Below the pieces are notes generated by a model. It was given only the letters and a program-made list of their open reading frames with translations, was not told the DNA's origin and did not search any database. The position numbers were made by a program, and so were the translations under genes. From Octopus sinensis (taxonomy: Eukaryota), in the NCBI RefSeq assembly GCF_006345805.1, contig NC_043001.1, forward strand, positions 28,520,001 through 28,584,000: a DNA stretch of 64,000 nt, in the 5' to 3' direction. Shown one piece after another: positions 41,401 through 55,931 of this stretch. The stretch's first letter is position 1; every line of letters starts with the position of its first letter.

Positions 41401-44400
41401 TTTCGGCCAATCGTAAGCTGCAGACACATTCATGCCTGTTTCCATAGTAACAAGCCGAACATGAGAACTCTTTCATCTGTAAGAAAGCATGTGTTGACAA
41501 ATATATTGAAACCACTTGTTGATGCTGTGTTCTACTGGTTTAACCCACCTGGAAATGTTACCGATCTGTTTGGGGTTAAGAAATTGATTTCAGTCCAGTT
41601 TTGTGTTGAAGAAGTGGACACGAACCATTGCACAGCTGTTGATTATAACAGCTATGTTAGGGAGGTATGTGCAAAGGATCTGCTCTATCATCCAATTAAA
41701 GTCGGTGGTACTGAAAAGATTGTTGTGATTGATGAAACAGTCTTCTCAAGATGTAAGTAAAACCAAGGAAGGGTCCTATCTGAGCAGTGGGTGTTTGGAG
41801 GAGTGTGTTGCAAGACCAGACAGGTTTTTCTTTATGCAGTGCCATGCCAGAAACATGACACACTGGAAGAATGCATACATCACTTGATTCTTCCAGGAAC
41901 CACAATTTTCAGAGATTCGAGGAGGACATACTCTCACATTCCTGAAATTGATGGTTACAATTTTGAGCATAGAACGGTGAACCACAGCATTGGGTTTGTT
42001 AACTCAAAAGATGGTACCCACACTCGACAAATGGAGAGTTTGTGGGCCTCTGTAAAGCAAAGTAGTAAACGATGCTGTGGCACTTACCGTTCTATGGTAC
42101 ATTCATATCTCTGTGGATTTATGTGGTGCAGGAGATATGAAAATTATGAGTTGTTCGAGAAATTGCTTGAATGCATTACTTTCATTTTCAATGAACTGAT
42201 CAACAATATTTAATTTGTAACGTGCTATTTTGTTTTTGGATAATTTTTTAAAGTTCATGCTATAAGAGATATTTAATTTGTAATGTGCTGTTTATAGCAT
42301 TAAATGCGTATTGAATGCTTAAATGTTTTGTTTTTTTAAAAATATCTAATTTGTAAAGTGTGGAGGCACATGGCCTAATGGTTAGAGCAGCGGACTCGTA
42401 GTGGAGGGATCACGGGTTCAAATCTCAGACTGGATGATGTGTGTGTTTATGAGCAAAACACCTAAGCTCCATGCAGCTCCGGCAGAAAGTAATGGCGAAC
42501 TTCTGCTGACTCTTTCGCCATAACTTTCTCTCACTCTTTCCTCCTGCATCTTGCAGCTCACCTGCGATGGATCAGCATCCAGTCCAGGTGGGGAACCTAT
42601 ACACCAAGGAAACCGAAAAACCAGCCCTGTGAGCCAGGCATGGCTTGAGAAGGAACAAACAACAATAACAATTTGTAATGTGCTGTTTATAGCATTAGAT
42701 GCGTATTGAATGCTTAAATGCTTGATTTTTTAAAATATCTAAGTTATAATGTGCTGTTTATCACATTAAATGCATACTCAATACCTAAAACTACAAAAGA
42801 CATGTTTACTTATCTACCATATGTAGAATTCAAATATCAACAACACAAGTTATTTTCCAGGTGTTTATGACAAAATGTGCAGTCACACACAAAATGACAG
42901 CTTCCAAATCCTGTTTCCTGACTGGGTGAAAATGATCAAACTTTAACCCTTTAGTGTTTAAACCGGCCATATCAGGCCAAAATTGTCTTCCTGTTATATG
43001 CTCAAACCAGCCAGCTCAGACCTCTCACACCTACCCTGCAATGTCATTCTAAAAATAAACAGTTACATCTTTCAAATTTTGAAGCTACAAGATAATACCA
43101 GATTAATTTTTTTAAATGTAAATGAATAAGGATTACTTTTGATATATAAATTTGAACACTAAAGGGTTAAACCTCTATAACTTTTTTTTTTTTTTATTTT
43201 CTGGAGAAAGTGAAATAATTCCAGCAATTCAGCTTAGAAAACTACATTAATGTACCATTTTTGATAAACTTTAAACTTCGAAATCTTGGCAGCCAAACAG
43301 AAAAGATCCATTCTTTCTAATATATAACAAAATATAACTAACAAATAACTAATCTACATCCCACAGAACCTGCACAAACTTTTAACCAAAAACTTCAAAT
43401 TTTCAACTAACGATATCATTATCTTTGCAAACAATATAAAAATCCCTCTTCCAATCTTTGACTGCACTGAACATTACTTCTGTGTTTTTGTCTTATGACA
43501 GAAAGACTGACAATTCTTGAAACATATTGCATGTAAAACTAACCTCCTTTTAGAATTACTACTACTACAACTACAACCAGTGATGATGATGATGATGATA
43601 AGATCAAGGAGTAATCCAATGAGATTTAAAATGGAAGAAAATGACAGCATGTCATAATAATTGTGAAAGTAGAAAAAGTTTGAAGCAGAGAAGGAATGTT
43701 TAGTTTTTAGAATAAACACATCTTCTGCACAGATGTTTCAGTTTGATAAAATACATTTATGAAAGCTTTCTTGCTATAATTGATCCAGCTTCAAACTTGA
43801 GATGCTGACTTTTTTACTTTTTTTTTTTTTTCTTTTATGTTATCTATTCTGTACAATAAACACATTTTATCATTGCCATCTTTATCAAATTCCTCACTTT
43901 CTAAATGTCTGCTTTTCCATGCTTGTATGGGTCAGGCAGATTTTCGACAACCAGGTGCTTTTCCTATTGTCTACCCTCACCTGTTCCCAAACAAAGTAAT
44001 ATTTCTTCATGGCCAGACATATCTTTCATGGAAGATTGGAAACAAAACAAACAACATTTATTTTTATGATGGTAGTACCTGTTTACAACCATCACAAGAT
44101 GTCAGATATGGGAGAAAACATATATACAAAAACACACACACAACATGGCAGGCTTATTTCAGTTTGTGTCTCTGAAATCCACTCACAAAGCTTTGGTCAG
44201 CCTGGGCTAGAGGTGAAGACACTTACCCAAGGAGCCACACAGTAGGACTGAACCTGAATCTGCATGGTTGGGAAGCAAGCTTCTAAACCACATAGCCATG
44301 CCTGTACCTACATGTTACAAAACATTTATACAGAGGTTGCCTCCTCTTATTATTTCAAGGTTTTATGCTAGAGCTTCATTTCATTAGGAAATTTGCAATA

Positions 44401-47400
44401 ACTAGCTATTGTAAATTTTTGTTTATTTTTTATCTTATATTGATAGGAGTGGCTGTGTCGTAAGTAGCTTGCTACCAACCACGTGATTCCAGGTTCAGTT
44501 CCACTGCGTAGCACCTTGGACAAGTGTCTACTATAGCCTCGGGCCGACCAAAGCCTTGTGAGTGGATTTGGTAGACGGACACTGAAAGAAGCCCGCCGTA
44601 TATATATTTATATATATATATGTGTGTGTGTGTGTATCTGTGTTTGTTGCCGCACCATCGCTTGACAACCGATGATGGTGTGTTTACATCCCCATAACTT
44701 AGCGGCTTGGCAGAAGAAACCAATAGAGTAAGTACTAGGCTTACAAAGAATAAGTCCTGGTGGTCGATTTGCTCGACTAAAGGCGGTGCTCCAGCATGGC
44801 CGCAGTCAAATGACTGGAACAAGTAAAAGAGTAAAGAGAGTACACTTGTTTCAGTCATTAGACTGTGGCCATACTGGGGCACCACTTTGAAGAATTTTTA
44901 GTTAAATGAATCGACTCCAGGACTTATTTTTTAAAGCAGATACTTATTTTATTGGTTGTCTTTCACCGAACTGCTAAGTTATGGAGACATAAACACACCA
45001 ACACAGGTTGTCAAGCAGCAGAGGGGGGACAAACAGATACACACACGCACATCACACACACACACATCATTATCATTTAGTATCTGCTTTTCATACTGGT
45101 ATGGGTTAGACAGTTTGACTGGAACTGGTAAACCAAAGTGATGCATCAAGTTCCAGTCTGGCTTGGCATGGCTTTGACAGTTGGATGCCCTTCTTAACGC
45201 CAAATGTAGAAACCATTGCCAAACCAGACAGGAACTTGGTGCAGCCCTCCAGCTTACCAGTTTCCAAACAGGCTTCTTTCAGTTTCCATCTACCAAATCC
45301 ACTCAGAAGGCTTTGATTGGCCTGAGGCTACAGTAGAAGACACTTGCCCAAGGTGCCATGCAGTGGGACTGAACCTGGAACCACGTGGTTGGGAAGCAAG
45401 CTTCTTACCCCACAGCCACACCTGCACCTATTTGAAGAACAATTTGCACAGTTTTGCTTTTGTTCTACGTAGAAACATTAACCAAATGAACTTCTTGTGA
45501 CTCTACTGAATAAACGGCAAAGAAAAGGAAAGAAGAATTTCGTAGTACAAGCTGTAACAGAGAACACTTTTGTGAAGCTTATAGTTGATGACTGGCAACC
45601 ATTTTATGTACACAACTAATTCTAATGAAATAATCACAGATGTAGCTTTACTGTTTTAATTAATGCTGATAAAATACTGATTACAAGGATGTTTAAAATG
45701 CAAAAAAAAATTGGGTCAACATAATCTGGCAAGCTGTATCTTAGTCCCTAGACTTCAGCTAACATAAAACCAAATTTTTTCAACTCTCAGTTAACCGTTT
45801 CTATTCCGTTTGTTTTTTCTTTTTTTTTTCCCCCTCTTTCTTCACACCAGTATGCTTAAGCAAACATGAACAATTTATTTGAACTAAACAGGATATTTGC
45901 ATCATATTCAATAGAATATAATCCCTATAATAGAATGAATTAGCAGGATGTGTTTATATGAAGGATCATCACAGTAAAATAATTATTAAAAAAAAAAATA
46001 ATATTAATTAGGAATGTTAGTTTGCTATGAGGAGAAGAGATGTTTCAGGTTTCAGAGAGAGAGGTGGGGTTCGCATCAGAAACATTGATTAAACAATGAT
46101 GGTTGCTAATCTGGAACATCAGATACTTCCTATCTTTATACTATAAACTAACAACATATCACACTGAATATCTACATGACTATGATGAGTTGCTGTTAAC
46201 AAGGTGATAATTTACCAGATTAATCTTTAGAGATGAAAGATTATATATAGATATATATATTTCACCTACATCAAGATAAAATAGATTTTCAGATTAGTAA
46301 TCTTAACTTTAGAGAAAAAAAAGAGACAAACACACACACACACACATATAGTTAAAATATGTTTGTGACACATTTCAACTTCTAAAGGCAAATTCAGTGC
46401 AGCTACTTATCATCATCATCATCGTTTAACATCCGCTTTCCATGCTAGCATGGGTTGGACGATTTGATTGAGGGCTAGCGAACCAGATGGCTGCACCAGG
46501 CTTCAATCTTGATCTGGCAGTTTCTACAGCCCTTCCTAACACCAACCACTCTGAGAGTGTAGTGGGTGCTTTTATGTGCCACCGGCACAAGGCCAGTCAG
46601 GCGGTACTGGCAACGACCTCGCTCGAATCTTCTACACATGCCACCGGCACGGGTGCCAGTGAGGCAATGCTGGTAACGATCATGCTCAAATGGTGCCTTT
46701 TACGTGCCAACAGCACGGAGGCCAGATAGCCGCTCTGGCAATGATCACGCTTGGATGATGCTCTTAACACCGTACTAGCACAGGGCTCGAGTGCCAGTAA
46801 GGCGACACTGGTAGCAATCACACTCGAATGGTGCCTTTTATGTGCCACTGGCACGGAAGCCGGTTAGCCGCTCCGTCAATGATCACAAGAAAAAATTTCT
46901 TCCTAATGGTAAGATGTAAAAACACTACATCTGTCAAGTGCTGCTCTGTCAAATTCCCAAATGTGTTTCTAGCTCTTTAGCCATTATCTATGGGAAATCC
47001 TGAACAGAGGCAATTCTGGACAGACTTAATTAAAGCCATAACTTTAACCAAAACACAGTCAAAAACACTGACCAAGTAGCACCATTAGACAACCAGGTCA
47101 GGAAAAATTACAGCAGTTTCTGCACCAAGAAGTGTCTAGGCATAAGCTAAACTTTACGTTTGTTAGAATATGTTTGTGACACAGTAACTGCAATGAATTT
47201 GCCTTCAAAAGTTTAAACATATCATAAACATCTTTTAACTAATCTAAAGTTCGCTTGTGCCTAAACACTGCTTGGCACTGATACTGCAGTAGAGACACAT
47301 CCAAATACTTTGTCTTCATTTAAAAGTGTAAATGAAATTATGCTGGAATCTTTCCTTGTTACCAACTCTAGATATATAGGAAATTTTACACTCAACATTA

Positions 47401-50400
47401 AAAACTAATATGCCTATCCTCATTCATTATGGGGGTTTAGTTAGAGAAAAAAAACTATGTTAAATCAATTAGTAATAAACAAATAGAACGTTTGTGAAAA
47501 AATATGTTTTATCCCAAGACTCTAAGTTGTCCTGAGCACTGAGGATGGTCATTGGCACACACATTTTCTGTTCAAGCAGGATTTTTAAATGATTATTGAT
47601 TCATTTGTGCTAACTGTAAACCAGTTCACAATTAGCATACCATGTTATCCCAGATCAGTGCTGAATCAACCAGTGATAAACAAGGACTGATGTATAACAG
47701 TCATCATATAGCTTAGCTATTACTACATCTACTACCGCAACACTTCAAATCAACTTATTTCACTTTTGAATTTCTAGTTACAAGTGCTTTGTATATGTTG
47801 TACCAGATGCAGTTCACGATATTGAAGTGAACACAGAAAAGCAAACTTCCCCACCACTCTGCTATTGCTGGTGGTGGGGAGGAGGAGAGGTGATCAAGAT
47901 GATGATAGTGGTAATATGAGAATATGATGATGATGCTTCTCCCACCCACAGAGTCCAAAGTATCACAACTATTAAGAATCTCATAACAATAAAATCATTT
48001 CAACATTAAATTACTCGAGTCCCTGGGATTTAAAGGGGTAAAACATAAGTAACGAAATATTGCTAATTTAGCCAAAATTAACAGCAAAATTTTCCAAATA
48101 AACTTATTATGGAATGAAAGATTACATAATGAAAATATGGGAGGAAACAAAAAACTTACTAAAAATTAAAGCTCTTATTGTGCACATTTGTTGTTTTACT
48201 AAAACTCAAATAAAAGGGATATATAGCCAACATCATCGTTGTTGTCTAAGATGCCTAAATTTTATGTTTTGAATTTTTATTTTTTTTTTTTTTTTTTTTT
48301 TTGTAGTAGGGTATTCAAACAGGGATGAAACTGTCCCCAACTGCTGTCGTATATAAACTATACAAAACTGAAATAAATTTGTTTATCAGAGCATGCAAAG
48401 CTTTCCACAGCTGGATACACAATATAACAGATTTTATCATTTCAAATATAATAATAATAATAGAAGAGATACAAGGGATATGTCATAATGAGGGGTGAAA
48501 ACCAGTAAAAACCCAGTAGTATATCTACAATGCGTATTTCCTTCTCTTATTCAAAAGATTTCAAATACATCTTCTAACATTAACTGAGTGTTATTGAATG
48601 TTTTGATATTAACATATATGAATATTTTGCAACTTGACTACATTTACCCAAAACGGCAGACAATGAGAAAGGCAAAAACAAGTCAAGTAATTCATTCATA
48701 TTGAATCGCCACATTTATTTTTTACAGGAGCGATAAGATTGTTTGGAACAGAGATTTAAGTGTCAGTGCTCTTATCATGAAGTAAAACACTGCAATTTGA
48801 CACACAAAAACTAGTCTATAGATAGAGCATTGCACCTGTAATGGTATATGAAATAGCAAGCATCTTGTTGGTAGTCTAAACAACTATTCAATCATGACTT
48901 CTAGTAAAACTAGTAATATGACTAGTTATATAATAATAATAATAATGAAATTATTGTATACAGTGCTCAGGTGCACCACAACTTGTCAAAAAGTGCGTAT
49001 AAAGCATATGCAGTAATGTACAAATGTCTGGAAAGTGAACAGTGTATGAGTTAGATACATGCTTGCGTGTGTATGGAGGGGAGAAAATCAGGTGTAGTGT
49101 TGGCGAATCTCAGGAAGCATGGAAGTTTTGAAGGATGCAGTGCTCCGACAACTAACAACTGATGCCGGCAGTCTGTTCCATGCTTCAGCAACTCTTAGCG
49201 TGAAAAAATGTTTCCGAAAGTCATGGGAGCTGTGCTGTTTTCTGACTTTGTAAACATGTCCACGGGTGTTAGACAGGTGGAGTTTGAGTTTGAAAAGGTG
49301 CTCAGAGTTATTGTTTGTAAGATGGTTAATAATTTTATGGGCTGTAAAGTACTAATGACAAAACTTTAGTGTATAACTAACGTGTAGATAAGTTTTCTGG
49401 TACCTTGATCCCTCAGATAAAAACTTGTTTTAAATGTAAATTAATACAAATAAAAAAAAATCTGCATAAGATAAAAACAATGTATTACCAAGAGTGTCAG
49501 CATAAAACAAGAAATTGCGATATTTGGTTTTCAAAATGAACTTGTATTGTGTATCCTGCAATAATAGAAAAAAAGGAGAGAAATCATTGGTCAATTCAAA
49601 TGTATGTAATCTTTAACTTTTAGTTACTAAATTTACTAATTAAGAGTAGTGAAATCCCATCCGATACTGTATACGCATCAACACCAGATGACAATGGGGA
49701 TCAAACCAAATATAATGCACTAAAGATGGAAAAACTATTTTTAAAATGTTTTCTCTCAAGGGATGAGATTAATCAAAAAAATTTTAGCGTGGCTGTGTGG
49801 TAACAAATCTTGCATTTCAACTACATGGTTCCAGGTTCAGTCCTACTGCACAGCACCTTGAGCATGTGCTTTCTATTATAGTCCTGAGCCAACCAAAGCC
49901 TTGTCAATGCATGTAGTAGAGGGAAACTGAAAGAAGCCCGTCATTTATACACATATACATTATTAAATTATCTAAATCACTCTATGTGGAGGCTCAATGG
50001 TCCAGTAGTTAGGGCAGCGGATTCGCGGTTGGAAGATCGCGGTTTTGATTCCCAGACCGGGTGTTGTGTGTTTATTGAGCGAAAACACTTAAAAGCACCA
50101 CGAGGCTACGGCAGGGGGTGGTGGTGACCCCTGTTGTACTCTTTCGCCACAACTTTCTCTCACTCTCTCTTCCTGTTTCTTGAGTAATGCTGCGATGGAC
50201 TGGCATCCCGTCCAGCTGAGGGAACACATACGCCACAGAAACCGGGCCCCATGAGCCTGGCTAGGCTTGAAAAGGGCAACATTTTTTTATTAAATCACTC
50301 TATAGCAAATCAGTCTATGAAATCCTTAAATAATAATCATATTATAACAAAAGACTAATTTTTCCATTAAAACATGAACACCGCAAATATAATACAAACA

Positions 50401-53400
50401 ACTAATTTAGTAATATAAACTCAGTGCAAACTCATATTACAAATTGATATATATCTATACAAGTTTAGAACATATTCAATCTATGTAATTCATATGTCTG
50501 TACTCGAAACAGCTGTAATTATATATAATAATTAAACAATTATTTTTCTTACATTACATACTTGTTTAATATTATTCTATATTAATAATTACAATGCTAC
50601 AGCCATGACAGCCATTTAAACCACACACGTTGCTACATTCGATGGGATGTAGTGGAAAAGTGTCAGTGACAAAAATTGTCACAGTTCCACAAAATACTTT
50701 GGCACTTCATACTATATAGTATTATCAGCATGAAATAAAACAAGATTTAATATAACTAAATATATGTAGGCATATTTCGTTTTTGGATTTGGTTTGCAAG
50801 ATTCTTTATATGAGTTCATGTGTTGAAGCATATTCTGTTGTATCTAGGGAGAGTCATTTGCTTTTTGTGCCTTATAATGTAACACAGTCACTGGTAAAAT
50901 TTCCACTTATTTCTTATTTTTATTTTCCTAAAATTTTCGTTGTATCATGCAACCTTTTCAATAGTCTTGACTCTGAAGGACTTATTTCTATAAAGCCTAA
51001 TATTTATTCTATCGGTCTCTTTTGCTGAGCCACTAAGTTACAGGGACATACACACACCAACACTGGTCACCAAGCAGTGATGGGGGTAAAACAGAGACAC
51101 AAAGACAGACAGACAGACACACACACACACACACATTCTTTCAGTTTCTGTCAACCAAATCCACTCACAAGGCTTTGGTCAGCCTGGGGCTATAATAGAA
51201 GACATTTGCTCAAGGTGCCATGTAGTGGGACTGAACCCAGAACAGTGTGGTCAAGAAGCAAGCTTCTTACTACACACCACACCTGATATATAACAACCAT
51301 GTGTGTATATAAACAAACTTACTTTTGTTTTTTAGAAGCATCAAATGTGTATCGTATGATACAGGCAAGAAAGTGATATTTCAAATGCAAAATCACTGTT
51401 AAAACAGCAGAAAATATATATATATATATACACACAGACAGACAGACACATACACACATTACTTAGTATCATTGACTAAACATGAGCTGTATAATGTCAC
51501 TGACATACAATCAACTCAAGTGACGCAGAAACATTAGCACACTGGGCAAAATGCTTAGCGGTATTTTGTCTGTCTTTACATTCTGAGTTCACATTCCGTC
51601 GAGGTCGACTTTGTCTTTCATCCTTTCGGGGTCAATAAATTTCTCCAAAAATTTCAGCCCTTGTGCCTAGAGTAGAAAATTATATTATTCAAATTCCGCC
51701 AAGGTCGACTTGGTCTTTCATCCTTTCGGAGTCAATAAATTAAGTACCAGTTGCGTACTGCGACTGATCTAATTGACTTGTCCACTCCCCCAAAATTTCG
51801 GCCCTTGAGCCTAGAGTAGAAAATTACATTATTCAAATTCTGCTGAGGTCAACTTTGCCTTTAATCCCTTTGGAAGTCAATAAATTAAATACCAGTTGCA
51901 TACTGGATCGATCTAATTGACTGGTCCCATCCCCAAAAGTTTTGGACCTTATGCCTAGAGTAGAAAAGAATATTTCTTTGCTGTAAGTGTAGCCATATAC
52001 CTACACTTATAATAAATAAAAATAAATAAAACAATAAACAAAAGTAATAGTAATCAAATTTCTTTACCTCTTAAATTACAAAGTAAATTTAGGTTACTAT
52101 TTACAAAATTTCAATGAAAAATAAGGTGTTCAAATACTGTGTTCAATAGGAATGTTTTCAATATTGTTAAACATACATGTATTCAGGATTAATATCATAT
52201 TACTGTTGCAAAAAGTCTAATCAAATATTTACTTCTAACTACAGTCATATATAATTTATAGACATCAGTACAGTTTGAAACCACACTTGAGAAATATTGG
52301 TTATAGGCACACCCATTGAGCAAGTGTCTTCTACTATAGCCTCAAGCCAACCAAAGCCTTGTGAGTGGATTTGGTAGATGGAAAATGAAAGAAGCCCATC
52401 ATATATCTCTTTGCTCTTTTTACTCTTTTACTTGTTTCAGTCATTTGACTGCAGCCACGCTGGAGCACCACCTTTAGTTGTGCAAATCGATTCCAGGACT
52501 TATTTTTTGTAAGCCTAGTACTTATTCTATCGGTCTCTTTTGCTGAACTGCTAAGTTACGGGGATGTAAACACACCAGCATCGGTTGTCAACCGATGGTG
52601 GGGGGGACAAACACACACATATATATACATATATATATCTTGAAAATAATCATATTGAAAATAATCAAATTAATTTTTTTTAGGATTAATTAAAGCTCAA
52701 ATGAACCATAAATTCAAAAATTAAAAGTTAAACTAAACTTTTTGAGCATTCATCAATGCCTGAAAAAAGAATCAAAGAATTATATTTTGAAACCCAATAT
52801 GGATATAAACACATCGCTGAAAACAAAAAAAAAATGTATAGTCAGAAGAGAAGAAATAGTCAAATATTCTTTAAATATTTACCTTGATATCTTGTTGTAC
52901 ATCTTGCATACAAGAGACAGGAATTATTCGTTTTGATATTTGTGTCTTAAAAATAAAAATGAGAATACAATAATTATATTATATTAATTAAACATGCATA
53001 AAATTTTGTTGCTTTTATATGGAAATACATGGCCCTTCCTTGTTGAGGAGGGTTTGCATTGCTCAATGACACTGAAAGTGATGCTTTAAGGAATTTAGTA
53101 CTCCTGATAGAGTCATCCATAACATTAAGGTTGAAGAAGACCCAGACTGATCATGACCTTTTCTTCGCCAGTGATGTAATATGCACTGCTAACACAGAAG
53201 AATATAGTATTGACTTATAAAATCGTTTAATATACTTTGCAGTATATTAAACGATTTTATAAGTCAATGGTTGTAGAAAAAAATATGGTGTCCCTACCAG
53301 TCATCAATACTTATTTCTTTACTACCCACAAGGAGCTAAACACAGAGGAGACAAACAAGGACAGACAAACAGATTAAGTCGATTGTATCAACCCCAGTGC

Positions 53401-55862
53401 GTAACTGGTACTTAATTTATCGACCCCGAAAGGATGAAAGGCAAAGTAGACCTCGGCGGAATTTGAACTCAGAACGTAACGGCAGACGAAATACGGCTAT
53501 GCATTTCGCCCGGCGTGCTAACGTTTCTGCCAGCTCACCGCCTTATCCAGTCATCAATACTGATCATAACCAGCCCCACTTAAAGACACTGATGACAAAA
53601 CAATGCTTGTAGGTAAAGAATGGCTATCCCAATAATATTTGAACAAGTGGATGAAGGTAAAGGCAGATGAACTGGTTAAAAAGGCACCTCTTGAGACCGA
53701 ACAGAATCAACAGCAGTCCATCACATGATACTGTCTTTTCTCATTCTCCGTGTGATACAGAGGATGATCCTGAAACCATTGAGTTTGGGTCACTCCCTGG
53801 TAAACGTGAGATCTACCATAAACAAATCCACACTTTCGGAATTTCTTCCTTCATTTCAACATATTACATTTCTTAGATTAAAAAATAATCTTGACTGTCG
53901 ATGTAAAACACTTTCAGCATCAAATAATCTGGATTCTCTCTTTGACCCAGTGAACACACTGCATTAGCCTCTCATTCCGGGTTACAGTAAAGATACCGAA
54001 ATACAAGATATCAGATGACTGTAGACATAGAATAACCTTTTAATAGGTTAGTGTGACGGCACAATTTTGTGTTAACTTGTAGAAAGACTCAAGACAATGA
54101 CAGTCAGTTTAAACAATGAGTCACAAAATTATTTTCAAGAAGAATTGGTTATAAATAATTTAGTTGAATATGCCAAAGATAAAATCACTCTCCAGATCAG
54201 TCAACCAGAAATTTAATATATCAGATCATCTAGATGACAGTTACCAATGCCCTCTAGCAAAAACCAACTTGTAAAGAGAAATACTATTTAATCATATGTT
54301 GTATTACCTCAATAAACACCAGGTTAACAAATGATGATGGTGGTGGTAGTCATAATGTTGAGGATGATACTTCAAAGTAATATTTATGTAAAGCAGTTTT
54401 CTCACATGGTTAAACTATCTTCTCTTTCTCACAAAGGTTTCTGCTTCAATGAAACTTGCTATTTTTGCATATTTACTTAACCCTTTTGTTACCAACCCAG
54501 CTGAAACCGGCTCTGGTTCTGAGTACAAATGTCTTGTTTTCATAAGTTTTGAATTAAAATCTTCCACCAAACCGTAGTCACAAATTATGTTCCTAACACT
54601 AGATGAATGATAACTAAATTATTTTACCAAATTTTTTGTTGTATTTAAAGTAATTGAAAGAAAAACAGAGCATCTCAAAATAAATACAGTAACGAATGGG
54701 TTAAACCCAATCATAGTTATTCTTTTTACTTTCTTTGTTTTTTTTTTTTTGTTAGTTTGTTTTGTTATTCACAGTCTAATTCCTTTGGGCTTGTACTAAT
54801 TCCATATTATTAGGTGCAGGCATGACTGTGCGGCACTTAGGGCAAGTGTCTTCAACCACAGACCCAAGCCAGGCCAACCAAAGCCTTGTGAGTGGATTTG
54901 GTAGACAAAAACTGAAAAGAGCTCACGTCTGTTTGTGTTTTGTGCACACAAGTGTGTTTGTGTCAACCCTTGTCTCGACATCATGTGATGATTGTAAATG
55001 AACATCCCCATCATATAAGCAATGCTATTCACTTCTAGTCTTCCATGGAAAACATGTCTGGCCATGGGAAATAATCCTTTGCTTGGAAACAGGTGAGGGT
55101 TAGTGACAGGAAGGGCATCCATACATAGAAAATTTGCCTCAACAAATTCTATCTGATCCATGCAAGCATGGAAAAGTGAAGGTTAAATGATAACTTTTTT
55201 AATACTTTTTCTGGAAATACCTCATATGAAGGGTCCCTTTCCAGTTTCGTATCTCCACTAATAACAAATCTCCAGTATATCAAACCTAATATTGATTTCT
55301 AACATAAAAGTACTGGTGATGGTGCCACATAAAAAGCATCCAGTACACTCTGTGGAGTGGTTGGTGTTAGGAAGGGCATCCAGTTATAGAAACTATGCCA
55401 AAGCAGACACTGAAGCTAGGTGCAGTCCTCTAGCTCATTGGCTACTGTCAAACAGTCCAACCCATGCCAGCATGGAAAACAGACATTAAATGATGATGAT
55501 GATGAATTCATATTATTGCCAATGAGAAACTGACATGTTGTGGAATTCATATTTTTCCAGATCATTAGTGATGTAAGTGAAATAGTTTCATCGGTGTCTA
55601 ACTTATTTTGGCAAAATCTTCTGGCACAAAACAAATGCAATTTTCCAAGAAACTGGTGTTACGATGTTCAGCTGACCTGTGCGTGACGGACGATACCACT
55701 GCAATCTAAACTCACTGATTTCATCTGCCCCTCTCCAGCCTGTTTAATTCCTACAGCTGAGTCCCATAACTTTTGCATTTATCATTTCCCAATCCTTTCT
55801 CCTCTTAAACTATATCTCACCAGAATCCCCTATTGCTTTTACATACACACACACATACATAA

Positions 55863-55931
<69 letters not shown>

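Noticed and set aside
41461-42213. Bacterial IS1595 contamination or recent horizontal transfer
   Set aside because: Lies in a spliceosomal intron with host SINE and MITE insertions; explained by a eukaryotic Merlin element
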